DNA of 55,249 bases from Candidatus Limnocylindrus sp. (GTDB lineage: Bacteria > Chloroflexota > Limnocylindria > Limnocylindrales > Limnocylindraceae): contig JBJTVF010000006.1 in the NCBI GenBank assembly GCA_046081085.1, positions 1-55,249 on the forward strand, read 5' to 3'. The position numbers and the translations under genes were made by a program. The number at the start of each line of letters is the position of its first letter. Within the stretch, counting starts at the first letter, position 1. The notes below the pieces were generated by a model. That model worked only from the letters and a program-made list of their open reading frames with translations. It was not told the DNA's origin and did no database searches. Positions 30,091 through 42,514 of the stretch are shown piece after piece.

Positions 30091-31114
30091 GCGGCGCCTC
30101 CTCCCTCAGGCTCCCCCACGTAGGGCGCTCGGATCCTGCGGGTGCACTTCCTCCATCCGCCTCGACCGCAACCGTGAGTGCGGCAATGGCCACGTCATGC
30201 ATCTCGTCGTCCGGCTTGCGTGTGGTGATGCGTTGCACGGCGAGACCGGGGGCGGCGAACGCGCGGGCGATCGGGTTTGTGCGGTACTTCCCAAGGAGTC
30301 GCAGGATTTCATATGAGACTCCCGCAACGAGCGGGATGCCGATCACGCGGCTCACCACAGTGGCGAGCGCGTCAAGTCGACCGAGGAGCGAGAAGCTCAC
30401 CAGGCTGACGAGGATCACCACAACAAGAAACTCGGTACCGCAGCGCGGATGCGCTGTTGGCCAGCGAGCGAGTTCGGCGCGCGTCAACGCGCCACCGTTC
30501 TCCAGCGCGTGGATCGCGCGATGTTCTGCCCCGTGATACCGGTATGTTCGATCAATGTCGCGACTCCGACCAGCCAGCGAGAGATAGGCGAGAAGTACAC
30601 CGACCTGCAAGACGCCGTCCAGCGCGCGCTCCGCAAGCAGTGAATCAACCCCTGCAGCACCGAGCGCAAACGATGCGCCGAGCGCGGGGACGATATTGAA
30701 AAGCGCAATCACAAAGACAAAGGTGAGCAGCACCGTCGCGCTAGAGATCGCGCGGTCAGATCTACTGCTCTTGACGCCAATGCTCGCCTGTCCAGTTGAT
30801 ATCTCTGCGCTGCGCATCAACCATCGGCTCCCCAATATCAGCGTCTCAACAAGGATCACCACACCGCGCGCGATCGGGAGTCGTGCCGCGAGCTGGCGCA
30901 ATCGTCCGTTGGGAAGTTGCTCGCTGGTGGTGAGAATGCTCCCGTTGGGAACGCGAATCGCCACACCTATGTGCATCGGCCCGCGCATCAGGATGCCATC
31001 CACCAGCGCCTGTCCACCGTATGCAAGCGTGCGAGTTGGCGCAGCAACAGCTGCGAGTGCTAGTGCGATGAGGTGTGACGTGCGTCGAGCAACGACGCCG
31101 CAGTGGCGTCGCAC
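30083..31114 (-). CDS. DUF1385 family membrane protein (commonly linked to prfA/prmC)
   Basis: YGGQALVDGILMRG, YHGAEHRAIHALE and HPRCGTEF motifs. ORF 30083..31285 is trimmed to GTG 31114 because the longer form overlaps rpmE. Confidence 0.8.
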   Translation of the reverse strand: MRRHCGVVARRTSHLIALALAAVAAPTRTLAYGGQALVDGILMRGPMHIGVAIRVPNGSILTTSEQLPNGRLRQLAARLPIARGVVILVETLILGSRWLMRSAEISTGQASIGVKSSRSDRAISSATVLLTFVFVIALFNIVPALGASFALGAAGVDSLLAERALDGVLQVGVLLAYLSLAGRSRDIDRTYRYHGAEHRAIHALENGGALTRAELARWPTAHPRCGTEFLVVVILVSLVSFSLLGRLDALATVVSRVIGIPLVAGVSYEILRLLGKYRTNPIARAFAAPGLAVQRITTRKPDDEMHDVAIAALTVAVEADGGSAPAGSERPTWGSLREEAPHG

Positions 31115-31119
31115 GGAGA

Positions 31120-31329
31120 TCAGCGCGAGCGCCCGAGGCGCTTCTGGAATCGCTCCACCTGTCCAGCGGTGTCGAGCACGATCTGCTTCCCTGTGAAGAA
31201 CGGGTGGCAACTCGAGCAGACTTCGGTCTTCATCTCGCCCGTGCGCGTCGAACCCACACTGAACTTCGTGCTGCATGCGAGGCACGTGATCTCGATCTGG
31301 TTGTACTTGGGATGAATCTCTGGCTTCAT
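31120..31329 (-). CDS. rpmE: 50S ribosomal protein L31 (Zn-ribbon type, CxxC...CxxC)
   Basis: MKPEIHPKY...TCLACSTKF...VCSSCHPFFTGKQ. Confidence 0.95.
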   Translation of the reverse strand: MKPEIHPKYNQIEITCLACSTKFSVGSTRTGEMKTEVCSSCHPFFTGKQIVLDTAGQVERFQKRLGRSR

Positions 31330-31339
31330 CGACGGCTCT

Positions 31340-31606
31340 CTAGGCGTCTGGCGTGGAGGCGACCACGTTCACGCGCTTCTTCAGGCGCGATGCGTAGTCG
31401 AACTTCACACGACCTGTGACGGTTGCGTAGATGGTGTAGTCGCTGCCAAGTCCAACACCGCGGCCAGCGGCGAACTGCGTACCGCGCTGGCGCACGATGA
31501 TGCCGCCTGCGTTGACGAACTCGCCGTCGCCCACTTTTACGCCGAGGCGCTGACCAGCGCTGTCGCGTCCGTTACGGCTGCTTGATCCTGCCTTCTTATG
31601 TGCCAT
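31340..31606 (-). CDS. rpmA: 50S ribosomal protein L27
   Basis: [24 protein letters not shown]. Confidence 0.95.
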   Translation of the reverse strand: MAHKKAGSSSRNGRDSAGQRLGVKVGDGEFVNAGGIIVRQRGTQFAAGRGVGLGSDYTIYATVTGRVKFDYASRLKKRVNVVASTPDA

Positions 31607-31638
31607 GACGTCCTCCTCGGTCTCTTGCGACTTCTCGA

Positions 31639-32184
31639 TTACTCAGCGTCGGCTGGCTTCTTCGCCGCTGGCTTCTTCGCCGCTGGCTTCTTCGCCGCTG
31701 GCTTCTTCGCCGCCTTCATTGGTGCGACCTTCTCTGCAGGTGCTTCCACCTTCAGTGATGCGGCAAGGGCGGCATCGGCCTTGGCCTTCTCTGCGGCCGC
31801 TGCCTTTGCCGCAGCCTTCGCCTTCTCGCGCTCTGCAGCTCGGACCTCCCAGAGCGCCTTTGCGCTAGTGCCATTCACCGCTACTTCAGTCACTTTAATC
31901 AGGTGAAGCTCTTGGCGGTGGCCTTTGGTGATGCGGCTGCGCGCCTTCGGTCGATACTTGAAGCTGATCGTCTTTACGCCACGCTCCTGACCAACCACGA
32001 GTGCGGTGACCTTCGCACCGCTGACCACTGGGGTTCCAACCTCTGTTGAGGTTGCGGTGCGTACAAGAAGGACGCGATCGAAGGTGACCTCACTACCTGG
32101 AGTAGCGCCAAGCAACTCAACGTGCAGCTCGCTGCCGAGCTCCACGCGATACTGCTTCCCACCAGTTTCGATCACTGCGTACAT
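31639..32184 (-). CDS. rplU: 50S ribosomal protein L21 with a 76-aa Lys/Ala-rich C-terminal extension
   Basis: [14 protein letters not shown]... forms an L21 core of about 105 aa. It is followed by [17 protein letters not shown]...[22 protein letters not shown]. Confidence 0.9.
   Translation of the reverse strand: MYAVIETGGKQYRVELGSELHVELLGATPGSEVTFDRVLLVRTATSTEVGTPVVSGAKVTALVVGQERGVKTISFKYRPKARSRITKGHRQELHLIKVTEVAVNGTSAKALWEVRAAEREKAKAAAKAAAAEKAKADAALAASLKVEAPAEKVAPMKAAKKPAAKKPAAKKPAAKKPADAE
31651..31710. repeat. perfect 15-bp tandem repeat x4 (ctggcttcttcgccg) inside rplU, encoding (KKPAA)n
   Basis: Read directly from the sequence. Four identical head-to-tail copies lie at 31651, 31666, 31681 and 31696. 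Confidence 0.95.
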
Positions 32185-32345
32185 GTTCGTTTCACCCTTC
32201 TCGTTTGCGGATTCCGTGGCGGCTACGCTGCCGCGTCGCGGGCTGACGAAGCGGTCAGGCGCGGGAGGGAGAGTCTAGGCGTACCCGCGCGCCCTCGTCA
32301 ACCGCGGCACGCTCAAGACGTGCTCACGGCACGCAGGGCCAGCAG

Positions 32346-33494
32346 TCAAGCGCCACCCCCTTGATGCACTCGGTGGCTCTGCACGAGGCCGAGCCCAAAG
32401 GCGAGCGAGATCAGCGAGGCACCGCCGTAGCTCACAAAGGGGAGCGGGATCCCCGTGATTGGCGCCAACCCGAGGTTCATTCCAATGTTGACCGCCGCCT
32501 GGATCAGGAAGATCGCCGCGAGCCCCCCCGCGAGGACAATGCCGAAACGGTCTTCAGTCTCCCACGCGTGCCAGATCAGCCGGAACACGATCAGGCCGAG
32601 CAGCGCAATGATCAGGAGGCCACCAAACGCGCCGAAACTTCGAACGAGCGCGGCAAAGACGAAGTCGCTCTCTTGTACTGGGAGGGGCGCAATGCTTCCA
32701 GTCCCGTCAAAGCCGATTCCAAAGAGTCCGCCGCTGGAGATCGCGTCGAGCGCCTGCGTGAGCTGGTATTTCGGCCCGGCAGGGTCTGCATTCGGATCAA
32801 TGAAGGCGATCAGTCGCTCCTTCTGATAATCCGCAATCAAGAACGCCCAGGCGAACGGCACCGCGAGCACGCCGAGTGCCGCAAGCGCAGCGACCCAGCG
32901 CGTGGCCACGCCGTAAAGAAGTAGCGCACCGAAAAGTGCGGCGAGGATGATCACGGCGGTTCCTGCGTCTGGTTGCACCGCGACCAAGATGAACGGTGCC
33001 GCCACAACCATCACGGCGAGGAGCGTTGCCTTTAGGTCATCTGGCCCTGAGTTGTCACGCGTCAGCACGGTAGCGAGCGCCACGAGCGTCAGGATCTTTG
33101 CAATTTCACTTGACTGAATCGCGATCCCAAGAAGTGAGATTGCGCGCGAGTTTCCACCAGAGTCTTCGCCAAAGATCAGCGTTGCGATCAACAGCAGCAG
33201 ATTCGCCGCGTAGAGCGGCCACGCAAATGTGTGGATCCAACGCCAGTTGATTGCCGTGGTGACTGCATAGGTAGCCAGCCCGAGAAGTGTCCAGATGATG
33301 GAGCGTAAGAAGATTGACGAGAAACTCAACAGCTCTTGGTCATAGCTCCGTGCGTTGATCCATGCCATTCCGATCCCAGAGAACATCAGGAGCAACATGC
33401 CAGAGGCCGCGAGCCAATCCATACGACGAACGATGCTGCCGAACCAACTCGCCGCGCCGAACGGCCCACGCGTGACCGAAGATCCGAGACTCAT
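32346..33494 (-). CDS. rodA: SEDS-family peptidoglycan polymerase RodA (FtsW/RodA/SpoVE)
   Basis: About 10 TM helices. Motifs SSEIAKI, QPDAGTA and TGIPLPFVSYGG. It lies directly downstream of the PBP2 gene. Confidence 0.9.
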   Translation of the reverse strand: MSLGSSVTRGPFGAASWFGSIVRRMDWLAASGMLLLMFSGIGMAWINARSYDQELLSFSSIFLRSIIWTLLGLATYAVTTAINWRWIHTFAWPLYAANLLLLIATLIFGEDSGGNSRAISLLGIAIQSSEIAKILTLVALATVLTRDNSGPDDLKATLLAVMVVAAPFILVAVQPDAGTAVIILAALFGALLLYGVATRWVAALAALGVLAVPFAWAFLIADYQKERLIAFIDPNADPAGPKYQLTQALDAISSGGLFGIGFDGTGSIAPLPVQESDFVFAALVRSFGAFGGLLIIALLGLIVFRLIWHAWETEDRFGIVLAGGLAAIFLIQAAVNIGMNLGLAPITGIPLPFVSYGGASLISLAFGLGLVQSHRVHQGGGA

Positions 33495-33518
33495 CGCGGC
33501 CCATCCGCTCTTCGCAAC

Positions 33519-35408
33519 CTACTCGCCATAGTAGTTGCCGATCGACATTGCGCCTGGAATTCTGTAGTCGCGCTTGAAACCGTACTGCTGCTGCAAGTAC
33601 CGCTTGAGGACTTCAATGGCCGCATTTGATGCGGTGTTAGAGCCATGCATAAAGACCACATAGGCGAATTCGGCGTCGGTGCGACTCCAATCATCCGTTG
33701 GGGCCACAAAGCCTGAGATCCAGTGGTGGTACGGAAGTCGACCCTGCTTATCGCGCACGCCATACTCTGCTGTTCCCGTCTTCCCAGTAAGGAAGAGTGG
33801 GAGCTGCCCCAGGTTCTTTGTCATGAACTCGTTTGTCACCACCATTCGTGACGCCCGACGCATCTCCGTCAAGGTGCTGCTTCGCATCTCAACGTTGGCT
33901 GCAGCAACAGGCGCGATGGTCTCAGCAATCGTCCCGTCGGGTTCGCGAATCTCAAGGACGATATGTGGCTTCCAGAGCGTCCCACCGTTCGCGAGGGCCG
34001 AGAATGCGTTCACGACCTGCAGTGGTGTGGCAAGGTCATACCCTTGGCCGAGCGCCGATTGCAACACCTCACCGTCATAGAGGGTCCGCCTGATCGCACT
34101 TCGCGCCCAATCTTGATCCGGAACAAGCCCGGCGATCTCATTCGGTAGATCAATGCCTGTTGGGCGTCCGAAGCCCCACGCTCGTCCGCAGTCGGCGAGC
34201 CGATCAATCTTCAATCGTTGCGCAAGCTGATACGTGACAACCGCTGAGCTGTACGAGAAACCTTGCGCGGGGGTAAGCCTGCGGCCAAATCCCGCACGAT
34301 TCCACTCGTAGAACTTCTGATCGCCAACCTCGAGGTACGGGAAGGAGGCAAGCGTCTCTTGGGGTCGGACAACGCCTTGATCAAGCGCGCACGAGTAGGT
34401 CACCAGCTTGTAGGTGCTCCCAGGCGGGAAGTGGGATCCGATTGCATGATTCAACAGCGGAGCGTTCTTGTTGTCAAGGTACTTCTGGTACTGCTCTGTG
34501 GTGATGCCCGCCGAAAAGAGATTGTTGTCATACGTTGGCAGTGATGCCATTGCGATGATCTCGCCGTTCTGTGGGTTCATGCTCGTCACCACACCCTGCC
34601 TGTTCCCCGCCGCCTTCACCCCCCAACTGAGCGCGTCAAACGCTCGCTGTTGCGCCTCCACATCAATCGTCAACACCACGCTCTTCCCAGCAACTGGCAG
34701 TTTGGTGATACCGAGTTCGCGCACCTCTCGCCCCTGAGCATCGATCTCAATCTGGCGAATGCCCGGTGTCCCACGCAAGACCGTTTCATAACTCTTCTCG
34801 ACTCCAGCGCGACCGATGTAATCGAGTTCGTCGTAGCCCGATGCAGCGAGCGCACTCAGCTCGAGGGCATCGATACGGCCGACGTACCCGACAACTTGAC
34901 TCGTCAGCTCTCCGAGTGGATATGCGCGGCGCGCTTCAAACAGGGTCTCAACGCCCGGCAGTGCGGCGCGTTCTTCTTCAATGAACCGTATGACGCGTTC
35001 ATCAACAACACTTGCGATGCGCACAGGCTCCCACATTGATCCGGTCACGCGATCAAGTGTCATCGTGATGCGAACAGGATCAATGTTGAGGATCTCTGCA
35101 AGGCGATTCACAACACCTTGTCGAATGGTGAGCGGTAAATCTCCTGGACGAATCTGTACGGCGTACGTTGCAATGTTTTCTGCAAGCACGCGACCCGCGC
35201 GATCAAGGATCAAGCCACGTGGTGGCGCAATGATCTCCTCAATGATGCGGTTACCGTCGTTCAGTGTGCTGATGCTCCGCGTCTTCGCGCCATCGTCGCT
35301 CGCTTGTACCGCAACAAGTCGCACGCTGAGGAGCCCACCAATCAACGCCGTGAGCAGAACGGCGGAAAGGTAGCGGAGCGGTCGACGAACTACGTGAGTG
35401 GTGCTCAT
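33519..35408 (-). CDS. mrdA: penicillin-binding protein 2 (class B transpeptidase)
   Basis: N-terminal TM, PBP dimerisation region, active-site STYK, and KTGTAE. Confidence 0.9.
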   Translation of the reverse strand: MSTTHVVRRPLRYLSAVLLTALIGGLLSVRLVAVQASDDGAKTRSISTLNDGNRIIEEIIAPPRGLILDRAGRVLAENIATYAVQIRPGDLPLTIRQGVVNRLAEILNIDPVRITMTLDRVTGSMWEPVRIASVVDERVIRFIEEERAALPGVETLFEARRAYPLGELTSQVVGYVGRIDALELSALAASGYDELDYIGRAGVEKSYETVLRGTPGIRQIEIDAQGREVRELGITKLPVAGKSVVLTIDVEAQQRAFDALSWGVKAAGNRQGVVTSMNPQNGEIIAMASLPTYDNNLFSAGITTEQYQKYLDNKNAPLLNHAIGSHFPPGSTYKLVTYSCALDQGVVRPQETLASFPYLEVGDQKFYEWNRAGFGRRLTPAQGFSYSSAVVTYQLAQRLKIDRLADCGRAWGFGRPTGIDLPNEIAGLVPDQDWARSAIRRTLYDGEVLQSALGQGYDLATPLQVVNAFSALANGGTLWKPHIVLEIREPDGTIAETIAPVAAANVEMRSSTLTEMRRASRMVVTNEFMTKNLGQLPLFLTGKTGTAEYGVRDKQGRLPYHHWISGFVAPTDDWSRTDAEFAYVVFMHGSNTASNAAIEVLKRYLQQQYGFKRDYRIPGAMSIGNYYGE

Positions 35409-35411
35409 GTC

Positions 35412-35915
35412 TTATCCGAGTCGATCATCCAGCGGCCGCGAACGGAGTTGTGCGGCTCTGCGTCGCGCGCCGACAATTGCGCCAAGGATCAGCAGCGCAG
35501 CATTGAGCAGGAGCCGGAGCGGCTCCTCATCGCCCCGCGCCCCTCCAGACTCGCCCAGCAACCCGCCGACAAAGGTGAGGAACAGCTCCGCGGTGGCATA
35601 CCCGAGCAGCCCAGCCGCGCTTCTCCTCACCCACCCGGGCGCGGCGCCCCCGCGGACGTTGGCCGCCACGAGTGTGGCGGTGATCAGTGCCGCAGATGTG
35701 AGGCCAAGGGGTCGCCAGAGGAGCGTATCGATCAAGAGTCCCCCGATCAGTCCTGCAACAAGGAGAGATGGTCGTCGTCTTGGCGTGCTGTACAAGAGCG
35801 TGAGGAGGATAGGGAGGTTAACCCATCGGTCTAGGCCGACCTCTGGGAAGAGGCGTGCCTGGATGAGCGCGCTCACGATGAGCACGAATACGAGGAGCGT
35901 CCTGCGGTTCAACAT
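35412..35915 (-). CDS. mreD: probable rod shape-determining protein MreD
   Basis: Polytopic protein of about 167 aa lying 3 nt upstream of mrdA, containing GLIGGLLIDTL. The call rests mainly on position and topology. An alternative GTG start is at 35939. Confidence 0.55.
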   Translation of the reverse strand: MLNRRTLLVFVLIVSALIQARLFPEVGLDRWVNLPILLTLLYSTPRRRPSLLVAGLIGGLLIDTLLWRPLGLTSAALITATLVAANVRGGAAPGWVRRSAAGLLGYATAELFLTFVGGLLGESGGARGDEEPLRLLLNAALLILGAIVGARRRAAQLRSRPLDDRLG

Positions 35916-35952
35916 GGGGTGAGGATACTCCTGTTCCACGTGAAACGCGCCA

Positions 35953-36798
35953 TTGGGCGATACGAGCTCCTCCTGCTACACTGAACCCGTGGGAGAGGTC
36001 GTAAAACCAAGGAGCCTCGGCCGTGCGCAGGTCATTGTCTGTGCCAACCAGAAGGGCGGCGTGGGGAAGACCACCACCGTGCTCAATCTTGCGGCCGAAC
36101 TCGCCCACGCAGGACACAAAGTCCTCGTCGTCGATCTTGACCCCCAGCGAAACCTCACCAGCGGCCTCGGCTTTGTTACACCACAAGGCGCTCCAACCGC
36201 CTATGACCTCCTCGTGGGGCGCCGTCCGGCCCACGAGCTTGCCCAGCCGACCTCCATCCCGAACCTCAGCCTGATTCCAGGATCAGCCGATCTCGCGGGG
36301 ATTGATGTTGAGCTCGCGGCCGGAGATGAGAGCGGTGAGCGGCAGCTTGCCGCGGGCCTGCGGTTGGCAGGTGAGGCGGAGGTTGTGCTCGTGGACACAC
36401 CTCCCTCCCTCGGTTTAGTAACAATCAGCGCCTTTGCGGTAGCGGATTCGGTGCTCGTCCCCGTGCAGTGCGAGTACTACGCGCTCGAAGGTCTCTCCCA
36501 GCTGATGGCAACGATCCGCCTCGTCCGCGACCGCCTGAACCCAGACCTGGAGGTCAACGGCTTCTTACTCACCATGCTTGACCCACGCACCAAGCTCGGC
36601 GGAGATGTGGTTAGAGAGGTCGAGAGTCACTTTGGCGAGCTCGTCTACCGCGCTCGAGTACCTCGCTCGGTACGACTGGCGGAGGCACCGAGTCACGGCA
36701 TCTCAATACGCAGTTACGCACCGGGGAGTTCCGGCGCAGAGTCGTATGCTCAGGCGGCAAGCGAGTTCGCAACCCGCGTCTTTGGGAGTGCGGCGTGA
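35953..36798 (+). CDS. parA: ParA/Soj chromosome-partitioning ATPase
   Basis: Deviant Walker A NQKGGVGKTTT and the VLVVDLDPQ motif. The start is uncertain (TTG 35953 or GTG 35989). Confidence 0.9.
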   Translation: MGDTSSSCYTEPVGEVVKPRSLGRAQVIVCANQKGGVGKTTTVLNLAAELAHAGHKVLVVDLDPQRNLTSGLGFVTPQGAPTAYDLLVGRRPAHELAQPTSIPNLSLIPGSADLAGIDVELAAGDESGERQLAAGLRLAGEAEVVLVDTPPSLGLVTISAFAVADSVLVPVQCEYYALEGLSQLMATIRLVRDRLNPDLEVNGFLLTMLDPRTKLGGDVVREVESHFGELVYRARVPRSVRLAEAPSHGISIRSYAPGSSGAESYAQAASEFATRVFGSAA

Positions 36799-36817
36799 GG
36801 CAGAAAGGGGGTCGATC

Positions 36818-39684
<2,867 letters not shown>

Positions 39685-39741
39685 TCAGGAGCTGCACCTA
39701 CACCAAACAGTCGAACAGATAGAGAGAAGGGAGGTGACGAG

Positions 39742-42498
39742 ATGGCGAAGGGTCCAACTGGGAAAGGTCCGGTAGATCACGACACGGACGGGATCAGCCC
39801 GAGCGACATGAGCGTCACCAGCGTGAAGTCGATCCGCATCGAAGACGAGATGCGCACGAGCTACCTCGACTACGCCATGAGCGTCATCGTTGCGCGTGCT
39901 CTTCCGGACGTGCGCGACGGCCTCAAGCCCGTCCACCGTCGCATCCTCTACACCATGGGTGAGATGGGCCTCTCCGGAGGCTCCGCCTACCGCAAGTGCG
40001 CCGCGATCGTTGGTGAAGTGATGGGCAAGTACCACCCGCACGGCGACGGCGCACTTTATGACGCACTGGTTCGCCTGGCGCAAGACTTCTCCATGCGCCA
40101 TCCGCTCGTTGATGGCCAGGGAAACTTTGGCTCCGTCGATGGCGATTCCGCCGCCGCGATGCGCTACACCGAAGCGCGACTCACCGCAATCGCCGGCGAA
40201 ATGCTCGCCGACATCGATCACGACACCGTTGACTTCACCCCAAACTACGACGGCACACAGAAGGAACCGAGCGTTCTTCCATCCCGCATGCCGAACCTCC
40301 TTGTCAACGGCTCAGCGGGAATCGCAGTGGGAATGGCCACCAACATTCCGCCGCACAACTTGGGCGAGATTGCAGACGCCGCTGCTGCACTCGTTGAAAA
40401 TCCACAACTCAGCGCAGAGGAGCTCAGCGCGCTGGTCCTTGCGCCAGACTTCCCAACGGGTGGTGTCCTCTACCGTTACGACAACGTCAAGAATCCGCTC
40501 ACGGGAAAGACAGAACGAGTTGACGCCATCAGACAGATGTATGCGCACGGTCGCGGTCGCGTTGTCGTGGAAGGGAAGACGAGCTTTGAGGAGGCGCGTG
40601 GCGACCGCACCGCAATCATTATTCATGAGCTTCCATACCAGGTCAACAAGGCAACGCTCGTTGAAAAGATCGCCGACTTGGTCAAAGAGGGGCGCATTGA
40701 AGGCATCTCCGACCTACGAGATGAGTCTGACCGTGACGGGATGCGCATCTATGTAGAGGTGAAGCGTGATGGCAATCCGCACAAGGTCCTTAACAAACTG
40801 CTGAAGCTCACCCCGCTTCGTGCCGCGTTCAGCATGAACATGCTCGCGCTGGTTGACGGACAGCCGCAGACGCTCTCGCTCAAGTCGGTGCTGCAACACC
40901 ACATTGAACACCGCCGCGTCATCGTTCGCCGCCGCACTGAATTCGAACTGAAGAAGGCGCAAGAACGCGCACACATCCTGGAAGGTTTGAAGATTGCGCT
41001 CGACAACCTTGATGCGGTGATCAAGACGATCCGCGCCGCCGCCGATGTGGACGTTGCGCGAGAACAGTTGATGAGCAAGTTCAAATTGAGTGAACTTCAG
41101 GCGCAGGCAATCTTGGACATGCGGCTCGCGCGCCTCGCAGCGCTCGAACGCAAGAAGATCGAAGACGAATACCTTGAGGTTCTTGCGCTGATCAAAGAGT
41201 TGCAGGATATCCTCGCAAATCCGAAGCGCGTCTCCAAGATCATCGCCGCGGAGTACGCGAAGATGAAGGAGAAGTTCGGCGACAAGCGTCGCACGCGCAT
41301 TGCACAAGACGCCACGCGCGAAATGTCCGACGAGGACCTGATTGCGGACGAGGATGTGGTGATCACGGTCAGCGGTCGTGGCTACATCAAGCGCCAACCG
41401 CTCACTGCGTATCGCCAGCAACACCGAGGCGGGAAGGGCGTGCGCGGCATGACCACGCGCGAAGAGGATGCGGTGAAGTCGCTGCAGGTTGCAAACACGC
41501 ATGACTGGGCCTTCTTCTTCACCAACAAGGGCCGCTGCTTCAGCACAAAGGTGCATGAAATTCCAGATGCCTCTCGCCAGAACAAGGGCATCCCAATCGT
41601 GAATCTTCCCGGCGTGCAAGTTGAATCAGGCGAAGTGCCCGTTGCAACAGTGATTTTGCAGAACTTCAACGCGGGTGGCTACCTTGCATTCTCAACAAAG
41701 AAGGGTGTGATCAAGAAGACTGCCCTTGAACAGTTTGAGAAGGTGCGTTCGTCCGGGATCATTGCCATCACCTTGGATAAGGGAGACGAGCTTGCGCAGG
41801 TGATCCCAACTTCGGGTGAAGACGACATCGTGCTGGCGACACGTCAGGGTCGCATCTGCCGCTTCCATGAGAAGGAGGCTCGGCCAATGGGTCGCTCTGC
41901 GGGTGGCGTGATCGGCATTCGGCTCGCACGACAGGGTGATCTGGTCGTTGCCGCTGCAGTCGTTGAACCTGGGGCTGACCTGCTCGTCCTTACCGAGACT
42001 GGCTTCGGGAAGCGCGTCCCAGTTGGCGCATTCAGCCGCAAGCATCGCGGCACCCAAGGGGTCCGGCTGATCCCGCTTGAAGGGCGCAAGACCGGTCCGG
42101 TTGTCGCCGTTCGTCAGGTTAGCGAGGCGGATGAAGAGGTGATCCTGATCAGTGCCGAGGGCCAGGTGGTTCGAACCAAGCTTGAGTCGATCGCCACTCG
42201 AAACGACGGCAGTTCCCAGGGCGTCCGCGTCATGACCCTTCGAGAAGGCGACAAGGTGGCGGGAATCGCCGCCTTCCGCACAGGGCTGGCAAAGCGCGAC
42301 TCCGAAGGCCAGAATGGGGAGGCCCCTGACGGGGAGGTCAGCCCCTCTCGTGCCAAGGCGGTTAAGCCCGCGGTGAGCGGAAGGCCCACCTCAAAAGCGG
42401 CAGCGAAGGCTCCGCCTAAAGTAAAGGCGAAACCAGCGGCTAAGGTGAAGGCCAAGGCCACCAAGGCAACGACGACGAAACCTACGAAGCGGCGATAG
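39742..42498 (+). CDS. gyrA: DNA gyrase subunit A with a Lys/Ala-rich C-terminal tail
   Basis: [23 protein letters not shown] (catalytic Tyr), and beta-pinwheel repeats. The tail is AKAVKPAV...[34 protein letters not shown]. Confidence 0.95.
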   Translation: MAKGPTGKGPVDHDTDGISPSDMSVTSVKSIRIEDEMRTSYLDYAMSVIVARALPDVRDGLKPVHRRILYTMGEMGLSGGSAYRKCAAIVGEVMGKYHPHGDGALYDALVRLAQDFSMRHPLVDGQGNFGSVDGDSAAAMRYTEARLTAIAGEMLADIDHDTVDFTPNYDGTQKEPSVLPSRMPNLLVNGSAGIAVGMATNIPPHNLGEIADAAAALVENPQLSAEELSALVLAPDFPTGGVLYRYDNVKNPLTGKTERVDAIRQMYAHGRGRVVVEGKTSFEEARGDRTAIIIHELPYQVNKATLVEKIADLVKEGRIEGISDLRDESDRDGMRIYVEVKRDGNPHKVLNKLLKLTPLRAAFSMNMLALVDGQPQTLSLKSVLQHHIEHRRVIVRRRTEFELKKAQERAHILEGLKIALDNLDAVIKTIRAAADVDVAREQLMSKFKLSELQAQAILDMRLARLAALERKKIEDEYLEVLALIKELQDILANPKRVSKIIAAEYAKMKEKFGDKRRTRIAQDATREMSDEDLIADEDVVITVSGRGYIKRQPLTAYRQQHRGGKGVRGMTTREEDAVKSLQVANTHDWAFFFTNKGRCFSTKVHEIPDASRQNKGIPIVNLPGVQVESGEVPVATVILQNFNAGGYLAFSTKKGVIKKTALEQFEKVRSSGIIAITLDKGDELAQVIPTSGEDDIVLATRQGRICRFHEKEARPMGRSAGGVIGIRLARQGDLVVAAAVVEPGADLLVLTETGFGKRVPVGAFSRKHRGTQGVRLIPLEGRKTGPVVAVRQVSEADEEVILISAEGQVVRTKLESIATRNDGSSQGVRVMTLREGDKVAGIAAFRTGLAKRDSEGQNGEAPDGEVSPSRAKAVKPAVSGRPTSKAAAKAPPKVKAKPAAKVKAKATKATTTKPTKRR

Positions 42499-42514
42499 GG
42501 ATCGGAGGACGGCG

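Noticed and set aside
31115-31285. The longer versions of three track ORFs: 30083..31285 (DUF1385), 3717..6164 (MMPL) and 6086..7321 (AttH-like).
   Set aside because: The N-terminal extensions overlap rpmE, the phosphoesterase gene and the MMPL gene respectively. They are Arg-rich with no homology-like features. Internal starts (GTG 31114, ATG 3855, ATG 6161) give canonical N-termini, signal peptides and coupling overlaps.
31651-31710. A regularly spaced 15-bp repeat array that could be mistaken for a mini-CRISPR or an intergenic repeat.
   Set aside because: The copies are contiguous with no spacers. They lie in frame inside rplU and encode (KKPAA)n.
35916-35988. oriC at the sharp divergent strand switch between mreD and parA.
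   Set aside because: Only about 40-75 bp of non-coding DNA is available. I saw no TTATCCACA-like DnaA boxes or AT-rich unwinding element there, and none in the last 69 nt right of rpmH either. This was an eye scan only and was not exhaustive.
40714-41619. Long antisense ORFs inside well-supported genes. Examples are 40714..41619 (301 aa, antisense to gyrA), 46317..47300 (antisense to secA/prfB), 47752..48624 (antisense to ftsE), 42979..43899 (antisense to prs), 48716..49561 (antisense to ftsX), 10819..11721 (antisense to comF) and 3494..4225.
   Set aside because: They are Arg/Ala/Pro/Ser-rich with no motifs, and they lie exactly opposite genes with strong family signatures. This is the expected shadow-ORF pattern in high-GC DNA, where stop codons are rare.
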